Positions 57,259 through 64,000 of a DNA stretch of 64,000 nucleotides are shown here, in pieces. Both the position numbers and the translations under genes were made by a program. Position 1 is the stretch's first letter, and each line of letters begins with the position of its first letter. A model generated the notes under the pieces. The model made no database searches and had not been told where the DNA came from. It was given only the letters and a program-made list of their open reading frames with translations. Source of the DNA: Patescibacteria group bacterium (lineage in GTDB: Bacteria > Patescibacteriota > Minisyncoccia > Phycocordibacterales > UBA9973); contig JAZJXT010000003.1 of assembly GCA_040390725.1 (NCBI GenBank), forward strand, positions 34,502 through 98,501, written 5' to 3'.

Positions 57259-57738
57259 ATGAGAAGAGTAATTTTTGCCCGAATTATTGGTGGTGATAAA
57301 GAAAGTTTGTCTACAAGAGATAAATTGAAATTAAAGTCTATGATGAAGAAAATTGAAAGTAGAATTGGTGAAAAATCTTCATTTTTGATTTTATTTGCCA
57401 CAGAACCATTAGCTCAACAAAATGCCGAAGCATTGTCTCAAATGAATTTTGGGAATTACCAACCATTAGAAGCATTGTGTATGAGTGAAGAAAGTGAACA
57501 AAAACTGGAGGAAATTTATTTAAAGGTAAAGGAGCTTGGGAAGACTTCGGATGCTGAGAATATTATTGTACTTACCCATGTACTTTATTGTAGGGATTTG
57601 CCACTTTTCTTTTTTGAAAAGATGTATAGTAAAAAAACTTACATGAATTTTAACTTAAATCAAAAGGCATGGATGTTAAAAGAAGGGCAAGCCTGGTTGA
57701 TGGATTGCATGTATGGAAAAATCTACAAAGTTGACTAA
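57259..57738 (+). CDS. Hypothetical protein, possibly a degenerate histidine-phosphatase (SixA-like) fold
   Basis: MRRVIFAR (RHG position degenerate), AQQNAE, IIVLTH. Confidence 0.5.
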   Translation: MRRVIFARIIGGDKESLSTRDKLKLKSMMKKIESRIGEKSSFLILFATEPLAQQNAEALSQMNFGNYQPLEALCMSEESEQKLEEIYLKVKELGKTSDAENIIVLTHVLYCRDLPLFFFEKMYSKKTYMNFNLNQKAWMLKEGQAWLMDCMYGKIYKVD

Positions 57739-57793
57739 AATAAAATGTTTTTTAAATAAAAGCCTTGGTAACCCCATGGCTTTTTTATTACCT

Positions 57794-57824
57794 CTTGTAA
57801 AATTTTAGCATTATGTGGTAGTCT
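57794..57824 (+). promoter_or_regulatory. Repeated promoter TTGTAA-N18-TAGTCT
   Basis: Near-identical to the promoters at 58768 and 60937. Confidence 0.65.
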
Positions 57825-57888
57825 AAAAACAGACGGAGTTACCGTTATTTGAAATATGAATAAAAAAGTCCTTAGGAGGGGCTGTAAA

Positions 57889-58710
57889 ATGAAGACTTTC
57901 GCTGATTTATTACTAAAGTATGCGGAAAAATACTTTATTGTGTTAATGATAGTAGTTGGTATTTTCATATTATTTTTTGGAATACTTGTTACTTCCTTGT
58001 TTGTATTGGGCATCCTGACTTTAAGTTTTTGTATTTATTCACTCATAGGTTACAAGAGAAAAATGGATACAAAAAAACTTAAAGAAAAGAATGAAGATAA
58101 GTTTTTCAAAGAGCTCGAATTATATCGAGTTGAAACCCGAAGTTTTATTAATTTTCTTGAAAGTAATAGAGAAAAATTTTACTCTCAGGAATCTTTAAAA
58201 AATATGAGTAGGCTTAATAGCGTTGCCCAGGAGGTTGAAAAAATACAAGAAAAATATATTAAAAAGGGTGCTTTTAAAAAACATCTTGAAGAAGTAGGAA
58301 AAGAAAGTTTGGAAGAATGGCGATTAAAAACTAATGTGATCGATCGATTTGTTAATGGATATGTAAACAAGCAAACAGTTAAATTTAACAATGAACTGAT
58401 TAATCAAAGTATGACCATACAGCTAAAACTTCAAACATCGCAAGCTGTTGCTCAAAGTTGGTATCCTTTATTTAACGATCTTCTTCCTGTTGCAAAAACA
58501 TCTCCAGGTTTTATCGAAAAATGTGAAGATTTTTTAAAAAAGTCACTTAATTTTTTTAGACTTACACGTGAATTAAATCTTGGAAATAAATCATTTGGCA
58601 TAGATTTGATTTTTGATTACCCTGAGGCTATTTTGAAATACATAAATTCTGAAAAGTTTGTTCATTATTCTTCTGAGCTTGAATCTCTTAAGGTAGTTTT
58701 ATGTAGGTAA
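57889..58710 (+). CDS. Membrane-anchored helical hypothetical protein
   Basis: AGGAGG SD; N-terminal 2 TM; coiled-coil. Confidence 0.7.
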   Translation: MKTFADLLLKYAEKYFIVLMIVVGIFILFFGILVTSLFVLGILTLSFCIYSLIGYKRKMDTKKLKEKNEDKFFKELELYRVETRSFINFLESNREKFYSQESLKNMSRLNSVAQEVEKIQEKYIKKGAFKKHLEEVGKESLEEWRLKTNVIDRFVNGYVNKQTVKFNNELINQSMTIQLKLQTSQAVAQSWYPLFNDLLPVAKTSPGFIEKCEDFLKKSLNFFRLTRELNLGNKSFGIDLIFDYPEAILKYINSEKFVHYSSELESLKVVLCR

Positions 58711-58767
58711 ATGTGTGTAGTAATTTAGGTTTAAAGACCCGGCAATTGTCGGGTTTTTTATTACCCT

Positions 58768-58930
58768 CTTGTAAAATTCTAGTATTATGTGCTAGTCTTT
58801 GAACAGATATGAGTTCGTTTTCTTCCTGAATCGAATTTGGCATTTTGGCACTTTTTTACTATAAACGGTCCTAAGATGCTGAATTTGATTATTTCCACGT
58901 ATGGTGGAGAGTCTTAGGAGGTAAACTTTT
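58768..58930 (+). promoter_or_regulatory. Promoter + structured 5' leader, copy 1
   Basis: 163-bp homolog of 60937-61099 with base-pair-preserving changes. Confidence 0.75.
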
Positions 58931-58942
58931 AAAATTTAAGTC

Positions 58943-59542
58943 ATGAAAAAGAACTCAAATTCACTTTTCTTAGTTTCAGTATTTTTATTTATATCCATGT
59001 TTGTAAGCTTTTCAAAATTAGAAGTTTCTACGTTAGATGGATACTATATTCTCGGTTTCTTATTGTTTTTATTTGGTATTTTTTTCCTTGGTAAAGCTTT
59101 TATTTTGACATTTACCGGAGAACCGGTAGGTAAGTCTTTGTTAGTAGAAGGGGCGGGGATTTCAGTTCATCGTGCTCTTTATGGCAAAGACGCAGAGAAT
59201 CTTTATTTTGCAACTCTTGAAGAAAGCGGGCAGGATATTATTTTAGAGGAAGAAATGCAAATACTGAGATCAGATAGACTATACTATCTTAGTTCTGAAA
59301 ATAAATGGAAAGAAACACCAGAGGAGGGAAGTCCTGCATTTGTTAAAAAATCTAAAAAATTTTTGAGTGCTCTTCGAGTAATTAAAAATCAGGACGCACG
59401 AATTGTTTTTCATGAACATGGTGGAAAACCATTTTATAAAAAAGTAAGTGAGGTGATCAAAAAAATTGAAAGTGGTGAACACCCTGGAGAAGAGTATGTA
59501 AAGTCTTGGGATAAATCAAAACAAAAAATAGTTTTTAAGTAA
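58943..59542 (+). CDS. 2-TM membrane hypothetical protein (paralog of 61113-61640)
   Basis: MKKNSNS, 2 TM, ...YYLSSENKWKET. Confidence 0.7.
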   Translation: MKKNSNSLFLVSVFLFISMFVSFSKLEVSTLDGYYILGFLLFLFGIFFLGKAFILTFTGEPVGKSLLVEGAGISVHRALYGKDAENLYFATLEESGQDIILEEEMQILRSDRLYYLSSENKWKETPEEGSPAFVKKSKKFLSALRVIKNQDARIVFHEHGGKPFYKKVSEVIKKIESGEHPGEEYVKSWDKSKQKIVFK

Positions 59543-59678
59543 GATATTTGATTTATAGCATCTTTTAAAAGATGCTATTTTTTTTACCCTTTGCTACTTA
59601 GAGAGGTTGTAGGCTTGAAAGAGTATGGTTGCCACTTAAAAACAAAAAAGCCTTCATTAATGAGGGCTTTTATTTATG

Positions 59679-59921
59679 TTATTCGCAACACTCAATGGCT
59701 CTGCCGTTTTTATAGACGTCATATTCATCTTGTGTCACAAAAACTCTTTTAATTTGACAGTCATCTAAAAATACCAAAGATGGAGCAGCAGGGTCCGCAC
59801 TAACTGCACTTTGTCCGCAAAAGTCTGTCAGTTTATTTGTATTTTTAGGGACAGACTCTATGAAAATACCACATCCATTTATTATTAAAATGATCGGCAA
59901 TAACAGAAATATTTTTTTCAT
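59679..59921 (-). CDS. Putative lipoprotein
   Basis: MKK + hydrophobic stretch + INGC lipobox-like. Confidence 0.6.
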   Translation of the reverse strand: MKKIFLLLPIILIINGCGIFIESVPKNTNKLTDFCGQSAVSADPAAPSLVFLDDCQIKRVFVTQDEYDVYKNGRAIECCE

Positions 59922-60070
59922 TTTTAAGAACTAGATCTTTAGGTCACTAGTCTATTGTAAAGAATAGCAGACAATTAAAAGTATTACAATAATATTATTT
60001 GATGTTGTTGGAGGTATAAAAATAAAAAGTCCGGGATAACCAGGACTTTTAAAAATAGGCATAAGGTATA

Positions 60071-60451
60071 TTAAAATAGATCAGGGATAGGCTTAACTTT
60101 CACGAACTCCTCATTTTGTATTTCATACTTGCAATCATTTTCTAGAAGTTTGTTTGTAATAAAAAAACAAAATTTTACGTTTCTTATGGAGGCTTTACGC
60201 ATTACTGCATAATTACTTCCACTAAAAGCATAGGAGTAAACAACAATCCAACTAGTGCCATTGCTAAATTTTTTCACACTTGCCGGGCGACCTACGCTAA
60301 AAGTTCCTCCTGTAGCGATAGAGGCTCCGATTAAGCCACACATCATAACAAACAATACAAAGAATGTTCCAATATTAACATCTAAGTGTTGAGCAAGAAA
60401 AACTATACCTACAGCTGTAACCATAAGCATTATAATACTAATTGTTTTCAT
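60071..60451 (-). CDS. 2-TM hypothetical protein
   Basis: Two N-terminal TM plus small beta-rich domain. Confidence 0.65.
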   Translation of the reverse strand: MKTISIIMLMVTAVGIVFLAQHLDVNIGTFFVLFVMMCGLIGASIATGGTFSVGRPASVKKFSNGTSWIVVYSYAFSGSNYAVMRKASIRNVKFCFFITNKLLENDCKYEIQNEEFVKVKPIPDLF

Positions 60452-60552
60452 AACTTTAAGAAGAACGGGGAAAAGACGTTCAAATAGATATTACTACATT
60501 TAAACTTTTTGGCAAATGTTTAAAATAAAAAGCACTGACTAAAGTTAATTAA

Positions 60553-60867
60553 TCAGTGCTTATGGTTTTGTCTTTTCTGAGTAAGTTTTACAAACTCATC
60601 GTAATCCATGTAACTTTTTGCAAAATTGCAAAACCTGCAAGCTAGCACTAAATTACTCAAAACATTGGCTCCGCCTTTTGAAGTTGGAATTACATGATCT
60701 CTTGTAATATTTTCCATCTTAAAAAGATCTCCGCAATAATGGCATTTATAGTATTCTATGCCTTCCACTATTTTTGGATTTTCAAAAAGCTCTGGAGGGG
60801 TTTTGCTTTCAGGGGAAAGCATTTTTAACATACTTAAGGCAAGGTATTGGTTCTTTTTCTTATCCAT
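60553..60867 (-). CDS. Stand-alone HNH endonuclease
   Basis: CHYCG...TRDHVIPTSKGG.N..SNLVLACRFCN..K. Confidence 0.9.
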   Translation of the reverse strand: MDKKKNQYLALSMLKMLSPESKTPPELFENPKIVEGIEYYKCHYCGDLFKMENITRDHVIPTSKGGANVLSNLVLACRFCNFAKSYMDYDEFVKLTQKRQNHKH

Positions 60868-60936
60868 TTTTATATGATTTTAATGGTACAAACTCGTTAG
60901 GATTATAGTATACAGGTAGCGATAAGTCTATTTTTA

Positions 60937-61099
60937 CTTGTAAAATTCTAGCATTGTGTGGTAGTCTTTGTGCAGAATCTAGTTCGTTTTCTTCTTTAGT
61001 CGAGTTCGGCATTTTGGCACTTTGTTTAAAAATAAGGTCCTAAAATGCTGAATTTGATTATCTGCCAACTAGGGTCAGAGTTAAAGGAAGTAAACTTTT
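60937..61099 (+). promoter_or_regulatory. Promoter + structured 5' leader, copy 2
   Basis: Homolog of 58768-58930. Confidence 0.75.
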
Positions 61100-61112
61100 A
61101 CAATCATAAGTT

Positions 61113-61640
61113 ATGAGAAAGAATAATTCGATACCCTTTATAGTATTAGGGTTTGTTATGTTGATTTCAGTGTTTGTTGGAATTTATTATCAAGCAAAAG
61201 AAGTAAAAATAGGTAGCGAAATGCCAATAGTTTTTATGTGTATTATTGTCGCTATTTCTTACTGCAGTGCTTTTATCATTATTTATGGTTTTATGTCTCT
61301 TTGGGACAAAGTAAAAGTTTCTTCGGTGACTAAAAAGGATATTGTCCAATACACAGAAATTAAAGTTTTGCGTCATGTGGGGAGTAGTGATGGAAAAAAA
61401 TTACTTCATGTCTTTTCAATCGTTCCGGAAGATGGACCAAATGTGAGGCATACATTTCTTATTTCTTTTCAAAATGGAGACACTTGTTTTCTAAAAAATG
61501 AAAAGCGAAAGTTGGAAGTCGACACAACTTATTTTATTGATTGTAAAAATCGATGGAAAGAAACGCAAAAAATGAAGGAGCCTGAAACAGGAGGAACATT
61601 GAAAGAAAAGCAAGAAAGACTTTTGCAACATCTTCAGTAA
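61113..61640 (+). CDS. 2-TM membrane hypothetical protein (paralog of 58943-59542)
   Basis: MRKNNSI, 2 TM, ...YFIDCKNRWKET. Confidence 0.7.
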   Translation: MRKNNSIPFIVLGFVMLISVFVGIYYQAKEVKIGSEMPIVFMCIIVAISYCSAFIIIYGFMSLWDKVKVSSVTKKDIVQYTEIKVLRHVGSSDGKKLLHVFSIVPEDGPNVRHTFLISFQNGDTCFLKNEKRKLEVDTTYFIDCKNRWKETQKMKEPETGGTLKEKQERLLQHLQ

Positions 61641-61790
61641 ATTGTAGATAAGACTGCACAAATTTCCATAGGGCACTCTACTTTTATAACAGTAGAGCAG
61701 TTAATTATTGAGGTTGAAAAAATGACTTCACTAGGCATGGAACACATTAAACGTTGGGATCAAACTTAAGTCGCTTTAAAATTTGTTGTG

Positions 61791-61824
61791 AAATGGCACC
61801 TTATACAGGATGCCATTTTTTTTA
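61791..61824 (+). terminator. Intrinsic terminator
   Basis: AAATGGCA.CCT/AGG.TGCCATTT + T-run. Confidence 0.7.
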
Positions 61825-61864
61825 CTTATTTTTTAAAACCAATAATATCTGAACTATTTATTTT

Positions 61865-62239
61865 TTAGAATTTTATCGAATATTTTCCCGCACCGGAGCC
61901 CAGGAGGGCTAAGATCGCGCCGAGCATAGCGAGGGGAGTGGAGTATACTTGAAAGCCCATTTTGTATGTGAAATAAATTGCGAATATCATAACTACTGCT
62001 AAGAAAATTTTTGCAATTTCAGAAAATAATCCCAAAACCAATAAAGCCCCGCACAAAACTTCTCCATAAGAAACTATGTAAGTTAAAAATGTTGGTATGT
62101 GCAAAGTACTAAAGAATCCGATAGTTTGCGCCATATCGGAAACTTTCATCCAACCAGCATATATAAAAATTCCCCCAATAATAAATCTGCTAATAAGTAT
62201 TGCGACGTCTCTGTGCTCATTTAAAAATTGTTTTATCAT
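61865..62239 (-). CDS. DoxX family membrane protein
   Basis: R..IGGIFIYAGWMK, GEVLCG.LL.LGL, GAGKYS. Confidence 0.88.
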   Translation of the reverse strand: MIKQFLNEHRDVAILISRFIIGGIFIYAGWMKVSDMAQTIGFFSTLHIPTFLTYIVSYGEVLCGALLVLGLFSEIAKIFLAVVMIFAIYFTYKMGFQVYSTPLAMLGAILALLGSGAGKYSIKF

Positions 62240-62295
62240 AATTTATTTATTTTATCAGGAATTGTTTCGAGGAGCAAATGTTATATAATAATAGG

Positions 62296-62520
62296 ATGCA
62301 TAAAATGCCAGATGACTTACGAAAAGCCCTTGCCTCTACTCCGGCAGCGCAAATAGCATGGGATGATATTACGCCACTCGCGCGCAATGAGTGGATATTC
62401 TGGGTCACATCCGGTAAAAAAGAAGAGACGAGAATAATCCGTATTGAGAAGGCACTTTCAAAACTAAAGGGCGGAATGCGCCGACCTTGTTGTTGGGCTG
62501 GTTGTATTCATCGATCTTAA
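62296..62520 (+). CDS. YdeI/OmpD-associated family protein
   Basis: MPDDLRKAL...TPLARNEW..WV...KKEETR..RI...RRPCCWAGC. Confidence 0.85.
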   Translation: MHKMPDDLRKALASTPAAQIAWDDITPLARNEWIFWVTSGKKEETRIIRIEKALSKLKGGMRRPCCWAGCIHRS

Positions 62521-62547
62521 GCAAGAACTATTCTTGTTTGTTATTTT

Positions 62548-62967
62548 TTACCAAATTGCGATGATTGCTCCCATTGCGAGAAGTGTAAGCAGACTACTGA
62601 AAGATTCAAAAATCCAAAGCTTGAAAGATCTTTTCATCCAGATAACTTCCATAGAGCTGCCTGTGACTATAAAACCAATCCAAACTAAAAATGCGCAAAT
62701 TAATCCGTTTGAAATAGCTGACATACCCATAAACGGGGAAGTAGAAGTGAGTAAATAAATAACTGCTAAAACATAAGCCGTCACAAGGTTTGCGATTAAA
62801 TTCCAAACCATTTGTCCGTACATATCAGAAAATTTTTCATTGCCTGTAGGGTGCACATTTGCTAAACGCATCCAGAGTTTTCCAAAAACCGGACCGTGCA
62901 TTAAAAATCCTATAATAAAAGCCACAACTGCGGAAACAATAACTGCTAAATAATTTATTGGTAACAT
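62548..62967 (-). CDS. DUF1761 family membrane protein
   Basis: INYLAVIVSA...IGF...GPVFGKLW; 4 TM. Confidence 0.85.
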   Translation of the reverse strand: MLPINYLAVIVSAVVAFIIGFLMHGPVFGKLWMRLANVHPTGNEKFSDMYGQMVWNLIANLVTAYVLAVIYLLTSTSPFMGMSAISNGLICAFLVWIGFIVTGSSMEVIWMKRSFKLWIFESFSSLLTLLAMGAIIAIW

Positions 62968-63084
62968 ATAAAAATAATTATATTAAATTAATAATGATTT
63001 AATCATAGCATTTTTGTTGTGGGTTGGAAACTATTTTTTAATTTAACAAATTTGCGGACCACTCGGGTCACTAGTTATTTTTTT

Positions 63085-63609
63085 CTATGCAGGAATATAT
63101 AAAAGTTTGAGTTTTTCCAGTCCGCGATGGAGTTGGACGGCTATGGAATTTTTCGTTTCTCCGGTGATGCCTGACATTTCTTTTAAAGATAAGTCTTTTA
63201 CGTATTTCATCAACATTATTTTTTGATATTTTATCGGCAGGTGTTTAATTAAAAGAATAATTTTTTTTGCGTCTAATTTATCGGCAAGGACATCAAGCGT
63301 GGGAATATTACTGACTTTAGGCTCGAAGCCTTTTTCTATCAATAAGTCTAGAGAGCTAGCTTTGTGTTTCCTGTATTCATCTACGATTAGATTATTCAGG
63401 ACGTGATAAAGAAAAGATTTCATTAAATCAATTTTCCCGCCTTTTAATAAATATTTCCAAGTTTTTAGAAATGTGTCTTGCACCAAGTCTTCGCCTGCCT
63501 CGTGATTATGAGTTTTATAGAATGCGTATAGATTAAGTCCCTTCTCATGGTCGTTGTGAGCCAATGTCATTATTGCCAGCCTTTCTGTCTTCTGTTTTAA
63601 CGTCATCAT
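63085..63609 (-). CDS. ECF RNA polymerase sigma factor
   Basis: EDLVQDTFLKTW, FLY..LNNLIVDEYRK, region 4 LSLKEMS...V..HRG. Confidence 0.92.
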   Translation of the reverse strand: MMTLKQKTERLAIMTLAHNDHEKGLNLYAFYKTHNHEAGEDLVQDTFLKTWKYLLKGGKIDLMKSFLYHVLNNLIVDEYRKHKASSLDLLIEKGFEPKVSNIPTLDVLADKLDAKKIILLIKHLPIKYQKIMLMKYVKDLSLKEMSGITGETKNSIAVQLHRGLEKLKLLYIPA

Positions 63610-63684
63610 CTATATACACCATAGCACTATATGTATTTAATAGATAGCAAGGAAATTTAATCTATGTGATATGATAAATAGATT

Positions 63685-64000
63685 ATGAAAAAATACGCAT
63701 TTGTTGATGTACAAAATACTGAAACGACAACACTGAAAGTGTTGCGATTTGCTACTGATCACGAAAGACTTTTTGCGTATCTTAAAGACAAATGGAATTG
63801 TGAAAAAGTATTTTTTTATCCAGGTATACAACATGGGGATGAAGCTCGGGGAGAAATATTTTCAAAAATTACAGAGCTTGGCGCAGCTGTGAGACCAAAA
63901 TACTTTTCTACGTACAAGAATGAAGATAAAATTGTTAGTGCTAATTGTCCAAAATGTAATACTGAAGTCACGCAGAGAATAGAAACAGGATATTCATGGA
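63685..64000 (+). CDS. NYN (LabA/PIN-like) domain protein, 3' truncated by window
   Basis: MKKYAFVDVQN... open to the window end, with a CPKC insertion. Confidence 0.7.
   Translation, partial: MKKYAFVDVQNTETTTLKVLRFATDHERLFAYLKDKWNCEKVFFYPGIQHGDEARGEIFSKITELGAAVRPKYFSTYKNEDKIVSANCPKCNTEVTQRIETGYSW

Overview
AT-rich bacterial chromosome segment that starts at the replication origin (3' end of dnaA, oriC, dnaN). Gene content suggests Patescibacteria/CPR, probably Parcubacteria/Nomurabacteria-like (inference): compact housekeeping genes, pervasive leaderless starts, tRNA-Arg(GCG), a Cys-rich CPR protein and a PilB-type ATPase. Housekeeping genes include tyrS, ruvA/B/C, polA, mutM, rpsT, lysA, pyrD/E/F, pdxS/T and apbE, interleaved with orphan-rich accessory blocks. 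The most striking block is 10787-15716. A consensus sigma70 promoter precedes a ~350-nt highly structured non-coding segment, then an unannotated 59-aa ORF, a Csx23-like membrane protein and a Csx3/Crn3-like ring nuclease. Those two look like a cyclic-oligoadenylate effector and eraser, yet no Cas10 or CRISPR array lies in the window. A sigma-like protein, a PD-(D/E)xK-like nuclease and two orphans follow, and the gene units are separated by four copies of a covarying GGGTTAA-hairpin-hairpin element. Other candidates are two more structured ncRNAs (17868-18015, 22952-23222), a duplicated 163-bp promoter plus leader in front of paralogous membrane genes, boxA-like motifs in accessory leaders, an in-frame palindromic insertion in polA and an ultra-acidic microprotein. 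All family calls come from motif recognition by eye; no database search was run.
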